From: Octopus sinensis
Taxonomy: Eukaryota
Length of the DNA stretch: 64,000 bases
NCBI RefSeq assembly: GCF_006345805.1
Contig: NC_043018.1
Location: 21,390,001 to 21,454,000 of the forward strand
Direction: 5' to 3'
Every line of letters starts with the position of its first letter. Position 1 is the stretch's first letter. The notes under the pieces are model-generated. The model made no database searches. It saw only the letters and a program-made list of their open reading frames with translations, and was not told the origin of the DNA. Positions 13,347 through 26,331 of the stretch are shown one piece after another. The position numbers were made by a program, and so were the translations under genes.

Positions 13347-14390
13347 CGCGGTCCAGGTATCCGGTGATTCTTGATGGACGCCCCCGCCTCCAAGTGTCAT
13401 CAGTGCCTGAAGCGTGGCCACATTATGAAGAACTGTGCCAAGGACCAGAGCAGGGTCCTGGAGCAGTTAGTTGTGGAAGAACCCCATCCCCCTCCTCCTT
13501 CGGAAGGAGAGATGGAGGAGGAGAGAGTGACTTCCCCGAAAAAAGGGGGAGAAAAAGGAAGAAGGGGAGCAACAATGGTTGCTCTCCGAGGGATCCCGGG
13601 GTTGTGGGAGGAAGCGAGGTTATGGCGAAGGAGCCAACCCCTCTCGCACCAGAGATAAAAAGAATGGAACAGTGCCGGATGTATGCAGTGTACAGCCGGT
13701 ATGTCCCGAGGCCTCTTCGGTGGGAATCGTGCCACCGACAGAGGAAGCTGTAACCTCGTCGGTTGTGCCACCGACAGAGAAAGAGACACCGTTAGCGGGA
13801 ATTGTGCCGCCAACGGTAGAATTGACTACCTCGACCCCGGAGGAAGACAAATTATTGATCTTCTTCTACAGCGGTGGAGAGGTAGAAAAGGTGGTGGAAA
13901 ACATTATAAAGGAGTACCGTTAACTTTCACACGGGAACCCAAATGGCCTCCGCAGATAGCTGTGGAGGCCATAACGTTGCCCATGATACGTAGGCTGGAG
14001 GGACTCAAAGAGGAATATCGCTTGTGGCCGGGTGACGCCGACCCGGAGCCCGCCTTGGTTTTAAACGAAGCGTGGGTAATGGTGGAGTATACGGGCACAA
14101 GCGATGTTGGGGAGGAAAATTGACAAGAGGTTGAAAAGCCTCAGTGTTATAATGTCTAAGTGTGTAAGAGGCTCAGTGCCTCAATTTGTAAATGGACTAT
14201 CAAGTCCAAAAATTGTAAAAACCGAAGTAATAGGTTCATTACCTCGGTCTGTTTTTTGTGTTAAAAATAATTATGTTTCAATTTGTAAATGGATTGAGTC
14301 CAATAATTGTAAAATGGAAGTAAGAGGTTCAATACCTCGGTCTTTTTTTTGTATAAAAACATAATGTTTTAGAGAAGCAAAAAATCGGGG
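13347..14390 (+). mobile_element. L1/Tx1-like ORF1 remnant with CCHC zinc knuckle and 3' UTR-like tail
   Basis: YPVILDGRP (frameshift) KCHQCLKRGHIMKNC is C-x2-C-x4-H-x4-C; GC/purine-rich low-complexity linker with VPPTE repeats. Confidence 0.65.
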
Positions 14391-14647
14391 GGCGTTTTTT
14401 CTTCTCCCATTAATATAATTTTATTTCATCATTCATCTCATCAATATTTCTGTCCAGCCCGCAAGCTACTCTGTATCATGTCTTTATGGCAAATTCTTTT
14501 GAAATAGAGTAGCTTGCTTACTAACCACATGGTTCCGGGTTCAGTCCCATTGCGTGGCACCTTGGGCAAGTGTCTTCTACTATAGCCTCGGGTCGACCAA
14601 AGTCTTGTGAGTAGATTTGGTAGATGGAAACTGAAAGAAGCCCGTCG

Positions 14648-14681
<34 letters not shown>

Positions 14682-14847
14682 CACGCACACACACACACAC
14701 ACACAACACATATATATTTATGTATATATATATAGCGCAGGAGTGGCTGTGTGGTAAGTAGCTACACAACCACTGTTCCGGGGACATAAACACACCAGCA
14801 TCGGTTGTCAAGCAATGCTAGGGGGACAAACACACACACACAAACAT

Positions 14848-14882
<35 letters not shown>

Positions 14883-15621
14883 CATATATCCGACAGGCTT
14901 CTTTCAGTTTCCGTCTACCAAATCCACTCACAAGGCTTTGGTCGGCCCGAGGCTATAGTAGAAGACACTTACCCAAGGTACCACGCAGTGGGACTGAACC
15001 CGGAACCATGTGGCTGGTAGGCAAGCTACTTACCACACAACCACTCCTGCGCCTTATATTGACAATTGTTTGAGAATGGCCTCAGTAACAGTGAAATAAT
15101 TATTATAATTCTTTTGTTAAACTGATTTATTTGTGTTTTAGCATTATTTTGTAAAGCGTGTGTTGTGTTTTGCGTAACAAAAATAAAATCAGAAAATATT
15201 AGAGTAAGTGTGTCAAATATTGTCTGAATAAGTGGAAAAATATTTGTTTAAATGTTAAACAAAGGTATTTTCTATTGAGAATATATCTAAACTTTATTTT
15301 TATCAAATAAATACGCGAATAATGTATCTGAGAAACAGATTTTGAAAGGAAGTGATAAGGCTGTGAAAACCAAACCACAGATAAAACATTATTAGTCAAC
15401 TGACAGAAATGATATAGAAACGGTAAACAACCAAGTATATCTCCTTCTCCCTGTCATACTTTTGTCCATGTCTTCCTATTAGGTGCAGCAAAAACTGCGT
15501 TTAGATTGGTTGCTATGCATATTATACAATATATGAAAAGCGATTATAATTAAGAAATGAAATATTTAAATGCCTTCCGAAATTTGTGACATTTCTTTTT
15601 AAAATAAGCATTATATTTAGA

Positions 15622-16025
15622 ACTAGCAGTATCGCCCGGCGTTGCTCGGGTTTGTAAGGGAAATAACTATATAAGCATTTTTAGAGAGTTATAGCAAAAA
15701 AATAGCAAAAAAAATGCATTAAAAATGGAATAAAAAGTGATGGTAATTTTTTTTTTTAAACGTTGACTCATCGTAGACATTTTTAGAGAGTTACTTCCCT
15801 TATATAATAGCGAAAAACTGCATTAAAATGGAAAAAATGATGGTAAATTTTTTTAAAATCGTAGACTCATCGTAGACGCGCGCTAATACCCAGAAGGGCT
15901 CGATATGAATCACGACTATAAGATACCCGGTTTTGGTTAAACTGCACCGCAAAATGTGGGAGTAGTTAGGAATCTAAATCGTAGGAGACAGACACTCACA
16001 CAACTTCACTTTTATATATATAGAT
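15622..16025 (+). mobile_element. Non-autonomous Helitron-like (Lep1/DINE-type) element
   Basis: Starts ACTAGCAGTATCGCCCGGCGTTGCTCGGG and ends CTTTTATATATATAGAT; five copies in the window. Confidence 0.7.
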
Positions 16026-16694
16026 TATTATTTAATACATTTCTTCAAAGCAGAACCACATGCAGAACTGCCAATATTATACGATGGTGCGTAACAAATA
16101 ACAGACCACTTTAAATCAAACTTAATGTTATGTTTTCAATTCCGAATGCATTTACTAAGATTTGTAGAATTACTTTTTATTTTATACTTAAATGAATGCG
16201 AATGAATATGAAATCTAGGTTTCCAATTTGTAGCAGATGAACCTATACAATAATACCTACGATCCCCTGTACAATTTATTACCTCACATTGATGCATTAT
16301 ATTTTCTCTAAAACATTGATATTTTAAGCGACAGACAATTTTGTTTTTACAATTACACGGGTGTTCTATACTTAAATGAATGCGAATGAATATGAAATCT
16401 AGGTTTCCAATTTGTCACAGATGAATTTATATAATAATATTTTCTATTATAGGAACAAGGCCTGAAATTTGCGGGGAGGGGGTAAGTCGATTACATCGAC
16501 TCCAGTGCGTAACTGGTACTTATTTAATATACCCCGAAAGGATGAAAGGCAAAGTCGAGATCAGCGTAATATAAACCTACATAATAATATTTGTACCTTG
16601 TTAAACTATATTTTACCTAAAACCGAAAATTTTGTGTTTTTCTGTTGCATTGGCATTTATTCTCGGAATTAGGTGTTAAGGAAGGATTATTATT

Positions 16695-16767
<73 letters not shown>

Positions 16768-16779
16768 TATTATTATTAT

Positions 16780-17497
16780 GTTTTTTCCTTCTTTCTTCAA
16801 ATTTTCTTCCGTTTCTCGCCGAGTGTTTTCCATACACCTAAGGCAGAGAAGCTCATTGTATGCATTCCCAGATTACACACGCAAATTCACAGATAAAATA
16901 TGTATTTAAAAATTAATAAATAAATAAATTCATGGATGGATGTTGTTTTCACAGCGATAATGCTCTTCTCAGTACATGAGCCGTTCCAGTTAATACGCAT
17001 TTTTGCACTTCCTGTAGGGATGGTAAGCCTGGAATAATTTTCAAATAGGTTTCAGTACCTTTTTTTTATCATTCCTAGAGATCCTACAATCACTGGTACT
17101 GTAGTCGCCTTGAGATGCCACATTTTTTCAATTTCTATTAGCAGGTCTTTATATTTACTAATCTTGTCAAATTCTTTCGCCGCTATATTGTGATCGCAAG
17201 GGATACTCAAGTCAATTAATAAACACATCCTTTTTGTCTGATCTTTTATAATAATATTCGGTTTATTAGCTTTTATAGTCTTGTCGGTCTGCACGGGGAA
17301 GTCCTATAGAATCGACACATTTTCTCCCTCAGTCACAGCTTCAGGATGGTGTTTTTACCATTTGTCAGCGGTTTTGCTTTTATAATACCGACATATTGTC
17401 CAATGTAAATACTGGCCGACTCTGTCATGTCTTGCTTTATATTCTGCAGGTGCTAAGACTCTACACCCTGAGATTAGGTGGTCAATTGTTTCAATCT
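16780..17497 (-). mobile_element. R4/Dong-clade LINE 3' end (CCHC region and restriction-like endonuclease)
   Basis: ETIDHLISGC...RHDRVGQYLHW...QTDKTIKANKPNIIIKD...LIDLSIPCD...KISKYKDL...VGSLGMI...GTAHVLRRALSL*; 3' end abuts an (ATT/GTT)n tract. Confidence 0.88.
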
Positions 17498-17520
17498 GAT
17501 TATTATTATTATTATTATTA

Positions 17521-17554
<34 letters not shown>

Positions 17555-17557
<3 letters not shown>

Positions 17558-17880
17558 TAGTATTTTTTTATATCGTGCTTTCACTTCACTACCGAGCGCA
17601 GTTCTGTGTGCCTTGGGTATGTGCTGTGATTTGTTGTGATGCTCTGATGGTTATTGTATGGAAAGTGTTCTGCGTAGGATGTGTGCAGTGCCTAGTAGTG
17701 CAATTTTCTGTATGTTATATGTGTTTGTAAGTCCTGGTGTTTTTGTTATGTATTTGTGTGAATATTTTTTTATCGTGCCTAATGCACCTACTATGATAGG
17801 AATTGTTTCTGTTTTTAGATTCCACATTCTGGTTACCTCCATTTCCAGGTCTTTGTATTTTGAAAGTTTCTCCATTTCTT
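17555..17880 (-). mobile_element. Second R4/Dong-clade 3' end
   Basis: EKLSKYKDLEMEVTRMW...IPIIVGALGTI...IQKIALLGTAHILRRTLSIQ*; flanked by (ATT)n and (ATC)n. Confidence 0.88.
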
Positions 17881-17898
17881 CTTCTTCTTATTATTATT

Positions 17899-17978
<80 letters not shown>

Positions 17979-17989
17979 GAACGACTCTC

Positions 17990-18300
17990 GGATAGTTCTT
18001 AATTACCGGCTATTCTTTACTTGAAAGCAGGCAATGACAAATCACCAAAGGTTTCAAGTAGTGCCTTCTCCTGTGACTCAAAGAGACAATACTCTCCTTA
18101 GAATGCGAGCTGTACCCAACAAAGATCACTTCTGAATCACCTCGAGCCTGACAGCAGCTCCAATATTCTTGATATATTTTTTAAAGCCCTTGGAAACTGC
18201 TCCTAAAGCTCCAATTACCACCGGTATCGTCATTACTTTCTTCATGTCCCATAACTTTCCTATCTCGTCCCGTAGTGACTGGTATTTCTCATCCTCTTCT
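17990..18300 (-). mobile_element. Third R4/Dong-clade 3' end
   Basis: EKYQSLRDEIGKLWDMKKVMTIPVVIGALGAVSKGF...LEVIQK..LLGTARILRRV. Confidence 0.8.
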
Positions 18301-20570
18301 GTTTCCTTGCATTTCCTCCATACTCTTTACTCTTTTATTTGTTTCAGTCATATGACTGTGGCCATGCTGGAGCACCGCCTTTAATCGAGCAACTCGACCC
18401 CGGGACTTATTCTTTTTTGTAAGCCCAGTACTTATTCTATCGGTCTCTTTTGCCGAACCGCTAAGTAACGGGGACATAAACACACCAGCATCGGTTGTCA
18501 AGCAATGCTAGGGGGACAAACACAGACACACAAACACACACAAATATATATATATATACATACATATATACGACGGCCTTCTTTCAGTTTCCGTCCACCA
18601 AATCCACTCACAAGGCTTTGCTCGGCCCGAGGCTATAGTAGAAGACACTTGCCCAAGATGCCACGCAGTGGGACTGAACCCGGAACCATGTGGCTGGTAA
18701 ACAAGCTACTTACAACACAGCCAATCATGCGCCATGTATATTTTCGTTGTGTAATGTTCTGATTTTCTTAAAACCTTCTTAAAATATTTTTACATAATAT
18801 TTGGGTCTACTTCTTATTTATGAGGAATTATCTTAGATGGTTATTCTACTTCAATTTATTGGTGTCTGATTGTTGTATGTATTTAGATATTTAGCCAAAT
18901 TCATTTAAAACTGAATGCTTTACTCATATCGTCCTGGATCTTCTAATCCCCGTTTTTCTTCTGATATATATATATATATATATATATAATTAGGCTGGTT
19001 TGCCATTAAAAATGTCGAAACAATGCATTGTCTAAAGATGAATAGGGTAAATGTTTTTTAATTTTCCTTTAATTTCTGAATTACTACTACTTGGCGGTTT
19101 GAGTCCTGGCTGCTCTTTCTAGTGGGTTGAATGGCCTATCGAGGCCTTTCCTCAATTGTTGTTGAATATATATATATATATATACACACATACAATACAT
19201 ATAAAGAATCCTCCTTAACATGATTTGATCCGCGCGTACTCCGATCATCCATGAAGAACTGGCTTTCTTTCGCTATCTTATCTAAATTTACAGGGGCCAT
19301 AAATTGCTATTACCTGGATCTCTGTTTTGATTTTAACGTTGATTTACTGTTACTTTATTGCTTTTTATAACGATTTTCGTTCGTCTTTATATAGCTATAG
19401 TATTTTTATATTTATTTTTTTCTATGCGCCCTTTTCAAGCATAACCAGGCTCATGGGCCCGGTTTCCCAGTTTCTATGGCGTATGTGTTCCCCGCAGCTG
19501 GATGGGACGCCAGTCCATCGCAGTGTTACTCAAGAAACAGGAAGAAATAGTGAGAGAAAGTTGGGGCGAAAGAGTACAACAGGGGTCGCCAGCACTCCCT
19601 GCCGGAGCCTCGTGTAGCTTTAGGTGTTTTCGCTCAATAAACGCACACAACACCCGGTCTGGGAATCGAAACCGCGATCCTCCGACCGCGAGTCCGCTGC
19701 CCTAACCACTGGGCCATTGCATTTCCACATGAGCCCTTTTAAAGTCTAGCCAGGCTCATCGGCCCGGTTTCCCGGTTTCTATGGCGTATGCGTTCTCCAG
19801 CTTGATGGGACGCCAGTCCATCGCAGCGTTACTCATTTTTGCCAGCTGAGTGGACTGGAGCAACGTGAAATGAAGTGTTTTGCTCAAGAACACAACGAGT
19901 CGCCCGGTCCAGGAATCGAAACCACAATCTTACCATCATGATGCTGACACCCTAACCACTAAGCCACGCGCCTCCACAATAGCTGTACTATAGCTACTAT
20001 ATACCATAAGGCGGCGAGCTGGCAGAAACGTTAGCACGCCGGGCGAAATGCGTAGCCGTATTTCGTCTGCCGTTACGTTCTGGGTTCAAATCCGCCGAGG
20101 TCGACTTTGCCTTTCATCCTTTCGGGGTCGATAAATTAAGTACCAGTTACGCACTGGGGTCGATGTAGTCGACTTAATCCGTCTGTCTGTCCTTGTTTGT
20201 CCACTCTGTGTTTAGCCCCTTGTGGGTAGTAAAGAAATATACTATATACCTATTTCTTTATTACCCACAAGGGGTTAAACACAGAGGGGACAAACAAGGA
20301 CAGACATAGCTATTAAGTCGATTACTTCGACCCCAGTGCGTAACTGATACTTAATTTATCGACCCCGAAAGGATGAAAGGCAAAGTCGACCTCGGCGGAA
20401 TTTGAACTCACAACGTAACGCAGACGAAATACCGCTAAGCATTTCGCCCGGCGTGCTAACGTTTCTGCCAGCTCGCCGCCTTTCATCTATACTATATACC
20501 TGGTGTCCTAAAATTTCTTAAAATTTCTAATTAAGCTTGTTATGTAGAGCTCTCTTTTCTCCATTTACAG

Positions 20571-20793
20571 AAGCGGACAAAAGAGACACGCCAAGTGTAA
20601 AAAGTGGACATGTCATATGCCGCATGATAAATGCTGTGACGGTAAAGTTTGTTCCTGTAAAGGCCCGTGGCACGGCTGCAAGTGTAGAGGAAGACATCCG
20701 AGTTACGCAATAGTTGCAATGCATAGTTACATATGTATACGTATTTGTTTGTTAACATTTCTTTTCCATGTAGTATGGACCTTTTACATGTAG
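20571..20793 (+). CDS. Knottin terminal exon B (probable alternative last exon of K1): SGQKR + 8-Cys ICK + hydrophobic tail
   Basis: ctcttttctccatttacag| acceptor, phase 2. Translation SGQKRHAKCKKWTCHMPHDKCCDGKVCSCKGPWHGCKCRGRHPSYAIVAMHSYICIRICLLTFLFHVVWTFYM*. Not in the ORF track because it has no upstream start. I found no dedicated signal or 55-nt exon between 12.8 and 20.5 kb. Confidence 0.85.
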
Positions 20794-20928
20794 GATAGGA
20801 TATTATTCAACATCATATAAAACTGATAAAGTAAAGATTAAATTATAATATTGAGACATAAATCCTTTGCGTTCATTCGTCATACATACTGTATGTTCTT
20901 GTATAAACGTTTGTTGTGTAAATCGTAA

Positions 20929-21873
20929 TATACATACATGCATGCATGCATGTATACATACATACATACATTCATACATACATACATTCATACGTACATA
21001 CATTCATACATACATTCATACATACATTCATACATACATACATGCATTCATACATACATTCATACATACATACATACATACACACATTCATACATACATA
21101 CATATTTACATACATTCATACATACATACATACATACATACATACATACATGCATGCATGCATGCATGCATGCATACATACATACATACATACATACATA
21201 CATTCATACATACATACATTCATACATACATACATACATTCATACATACATTCATACATACATACATTCATACATTCATACATACATACATGTATACATT
21301 CATACATACATACATTCATACATACATGCATACATACATACATACATTCATACATACATGCATGCATACATACATACATACATACATGCATACATTCATA
21401 CATACATAGATTTATACATACATACGTACATTCATACATACATACATTCATACATACATACATTCATACATATATTCATACATACATACATACATACATT
21501 CATACATACATACATTCATACATACATACATTCATACATGCATTCATACATACATACATACATACATTCATACATACATTCATACATCATACATACATAC
21601 ATACATGCATGCATACATACATACATACATACATGCATGCATGCATGCATGCATGCATACATACATACATACATATATTCATACATACATACATACATTC
21701 ATACATACATACATACATACATACATACATACATACATACATACATACATACATACATGCATGCATGCATACATACATTCATACATACATACATACATAA
21801 ATACATACATACATACATTCATACATACATACATACATACATACATACATGTATGCATGCATGCATTCATAAA

Positions 21874-21907
<34 letters not shown>

Positions 21908-22142
21908 CATATACATACATGAAAACATAAATACATACATACATACATTCATACATACATACATACATACATACATACATACATACATACATGCATACAT
22001 ACATACATATATACATATACATACATACATAAAAACATAAATACATACATACATTCATACATACATACATACATACATACATACATACATACATACATAC
22101 ATACATACATACATACATACATACATACATGCGTACATACAT
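20929..22142. repeat. ~1.2-kb (CATA)n with CATT/CATG variants
   Basis: Direct inspection; starts directly after the 3' region of exon B. Confidence 0.95.
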
Positions 22143-22965
22143 GGAGGAAAATCTGGATTGAAGAGGAGTTTAACCAAGATGCCGTGTGTCTGGAAGAGTT
22201 TTGAAGAAATTATTGATTCTGTATTACAACGAAGACATACAGCATTGATAGTGTTGATGGTGATACCCTTGTAATTGTGATCCAGAAACTCCAGGATGGA
22301 AAAACATCTGGAAGAGACTTAACTGTTGAATATTGATACAAGAAGCAAAACTTTTACCGATCATATCTTACAAACCTGTACCAGCAATCCCTCAAATGGA
22401 ACAGTGGTATACCACACTGGTTAGCTCTGGCAGAGGCAAAACTGATCCCCAAATGCAGAACCACCCACACGACAAAAACTACCAGCTAACTGCATGCCAG
22501 AACTTAATGCATAAAATATATACGGCATGTTTAAACCTCTTCCTCCAAAGACCATTGTGAAAGAAATAACATCTTCACAGCGGAACAAGCAGCTGGGAAG
22601 AAGGGAGTTTGGGGATGTGCCGAGCAATTGCTGATAAACAAAACTCTAATGTTAGAGGTACAGGAGCATGGAAGGAACCTAGCCTTTGACTCTGGTCCCC
22701 ACTCATGGATGCTAGAAGCCCTTCAACGTGCTAAAGTTCCAGTAATCACAGTCAAAGCCATAGCTGACCTGAGGCTTTATTTCAAGGGGACAACCTTTCT
22801 GTGCTGTTGTTTATACTTTCTGTAAACCTGTGTCATTGATGCTAAGGAAGTCTGAGAATTATCTCACTGGTTCACAAGGAAGCGGACATACCAAAATTAC
22901 GTTGTTTCTTTGTGAATGACTTGAAACTATAAGCAAAGAATATGCATGGGATGAAAAAGAGCCAC
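22143..22965 (+). pseudogene. Second decayed R4/Dong RT fragment
   Basis: Nucleotide paralog of 7297-7940 (ccccaaatgcagaa..., gcggaacaagcagctgggaagaagggag..., tggatgctagaagcccttcaac). Confidence 0.85.
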
Positions 22966-23160
22966 GCTGGAGCACTGCATTTAGTCGAGCAAATCAACCC
23001 CAGGACTTCCTCTTTGTAAGCCTAGTACTTATTCTGTCGGTCTCCGTTGTCGAACCGCTCTGTTACGGGGACATAAACACACCCAGCATCGGTTGTCAAG
23101 CGATGTTGGCGGGGAGGGGGCAAAAACAGACATGCAAACATATACACACACATACATACA

Positions 23161-23232
<72 letters not shown>

Positions 23233-23371
23233 CATATACGACGGGCTTCTTTCAGTTTCCGTCTACCAAATCCACTCACAAGGCTTTGGCAACAATCACG
23301 CTCGAATGGTGCTCTTAGCGCTCCAACTAACACGGATGCCAGTCGTCGGATTTGATTTCGATTTCACTTGC

Positions 23372-23486
<115 letters not shown>

Positions 23487-23499
23487 CATATATATATAC

Positions 23500-23572
<73 letters not shown>

Positions 23573-23575
<3 letters not shown>

Positions 23576-25233
23576 TGTTTTGGCTACACGCGGGTGGGAA
23601 GGGGCTGTTGACACAATCGTTTCATTCACAAATTTGAATTCGGTGATACTAGTTGAGGATTCTAGCTCGCTCTGATACTGAGTTGAGTTGGTACCTCCTA
23701 GTATCTCAAAATTCAATATATAATCATTTATGATTATAGTATTCCACGCTGAAGAGAAAAGAAGTTTCGGTAAGATAGAATTATTTAATATTTAATATTT
23801 TAATTCTTATGCTTTCCTAAAACTTGATTTCGAAACGTACGTCCGTGGATAACTTTTAAAAATGTTTGATAGATTGCGGTTAATTCATTCTCTCTTACCT
23901 GTTTGTGTCAGCCTTCCAATTGCTGTTTTTACTGAGATCTCCCTTTTTAGTAGAAGAAATAGCTATAACCCTTTGACTGCTATTTCTAATTCGGTATGTG
24001 GTAAGGCAATTCGTTGCTGAACCCTTATTGCTTAGTATTACTTAAATTTTCCTCAATGAGGCTTTTACATGCCGAAGACTACTTGGTGTAATTGATAATT
24101 ATTCCAAATTAATTAATTTCACCCTTCATTATTACGGATAACCATATTTTATCTCAGTAGATGACCACAGCATCTTGTTTTGGCTACACGCGGGTGGGAA
24201 GGGGCTGTTGACACAATCGTTTCATTCACAAATTTGAATTCGGTGATACTAGTTGAGGATTCTAGCTCGCTCTGATACTGAGTTGAGTTGGTACCTCCTA
24301 GTATCTCAAAATTCAATATATAATCATTATGATTATAGTATTCCACGCTGAAGAGAAAAGAAGTTTCGGTAAGATAGAATTATTTAATATTTAATATTTT
24401 AATTCTTATGCTTTCCTAAAACTTGATTTCGAAACGTACGTCCGTGGATAACTTTTAAAAATGTTTGATAGATTGCGGTTAATTCATTCTCTCTTACCTG
24501 TTTGTGTCAGCCTTCCAATTGCTGTTTTTACTGAGATCTCCCTTTTTAGTAGAAGAAATAGCTATAACCCTTTGACTGCTATTTCTAAATTCGGTATGTG
24601 GTAAGGCAATTCGTTGCTGAACCCTTATTGCTTAGTATTACTTAAATTTTCCTCAAATGAGGCTTTTACATGCCGAAGACTACTTGGTGTAATTGATAAT
24701 TATTCCAAATTAATTAATTTCACCCTTCATTATTACGGATAACCATATTTTATCTCATAGATGACCACAGCATCTTGTTTTGGCTACACGCGGGTGGAAG
24801 GGGCTGTTGACACAATCGTTTCATTCACAAATTTGAATTCGGTGATACTAGTTGAGGATTCTAGCTCGCTCTGATACTGAGTTGAGTTGGTACCTCCTAG
24901 TATCTCAAAATTCAATATATAATCATTTATGATTATAGTATTCCACGCTGAAGAGAAAAGAAGTTTCGGTAAGATAGAATTATTTAATATTTAATATTTT
25001 AATTCTTATGCTTTCCTAAAACTTGATTTCGAAACGTACGTCCGTGGATAACTTTTAAAAATGTTTGATAGATTGCGGTTAATTCATTCTCTCTTACCTG
25101 TGGTGTCAGCCTTCCAATTGCTGTTTTTACTGAGATCTCCCTTTTTAGTAGAAGAAATAGCTATAACCCTTTGACTGCTATTTCTAAATTCGGTATGTGG
25201 TAAGGCAATTCGTTGCTGAACCCTTATTGCTTA

Positions 25234-25235
<2 letters not shown>
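23573..25235. repeat. ~600-bp tandem repeat, about 2.8 near-identical copies
   Basis: Unit starts ATCTTGTTTTGGCTACACGC at about 23573, 24172 and 24772; copies differ mostly by single-base indels. Confidence 0.95.
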
Positions 25236-25332
<97 letters not shown>

Positions 25333-26075
25333 TGCCAAACTAACTCACAAGAAATTGGTTGGCTCGGAGCTATAGTAGAAAACGCTTGCCAAGCAAACAA
25401 AGTTCAAGAAAGTCAAATTACAGTGATATGTCTTTGAAGCGACATCCCACAGCGCAAAACTCTTCGATGGAAAGGAGAAAGTCTGCTACTAAATTCCAAC
25501 ATTCTACTAGTTTTGGGGATTGGAGGAGCATATATTTGGTGACATACGTATGTAATTCAGAACAAACCGGTGAAGAATTGCTGCAAACGCCAAAAGTTTT
25601 TAATTATTTAAGAAATGAACTGACACAGATTGGACTCCTTTGTCATAAATTTATTATTGTCCATGTAATACCGGATTCATCTTTGTTTTTTTTTTTCTTC
25701 TCTAACCTTAAGTTTTATACTATAATCCGAATCCTTAAACAATAAGCAAGTTGTTTTACTTTGCTTGGTATTTTTAGTTTAGATATAAAAAAGAATTGAC
25801 ACATTTAAACTTATCCTATTTACATCTCACTTATCTTCAAATATTGCATAAAACTTATGCATTGTTTCTTCTTGTTCATATAATAACACAACACCCTTCG
25901 AAATAGTGTGACATGCAACAAAGAAACGTGACTCATAAACACACTCTGTACAATGGACGTTGATATTATGTTTCACCAAGTTTCATGCGTCTATACTTTG
26001 AAATATTGTTTTATATAACGCCAAAACGCGGTTAAATTGCTATTTTTTGCTGATTTGCATTACTTTGGATTATGG

Positions 26076-26331
26076 TTATCGCAACACCCAGGCCAGACAG
26101 AACAGGCGAAAAGCAGAAAGTAAAGAAATGCTCATAGATATAACATTACATATTGTTGTAGCCCCTGAGGTAGCTTTATAAAAGAAAGCTTCTACACATG
26201 TGCAGGCCGTCCAGTAAAGATTACAAATACATGCATGACCTCGACAGCACGTACGCTCTGGTGTCTTTTGAATGGGACTACATGGCCTATGCCACTGGGC
26301 GCATAATTCTGCATATCTCTTACTTTTTGCT
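26076..26331 (-). CDS. Knottin gene K2, terminal exon: AKSKR + 8-Cys ICK + GPI-like tail
   Basis: Long poly-T tract then gcag| acceptor. Translation AKSKRYAELCAQWHRPCSPIQKTPERTCCRGHACICNLYWTACTCVEAFFYKATSGATTICNVISMSISLLSAFRLFCLAWVLR*. Spacing C-x6-C-x10-CC-x4-CxC-x6-CxC; precursor 126 aa. Confidence 0.9.

Noticed and set aside
14458-14506. Acceptor followed by RKLLCIMSLWQILLK, a possible lost exon for knottin B
   Set aside because: No ATG or donor, an in-frame stop, and no convincing similarity to the 55-nt exons.
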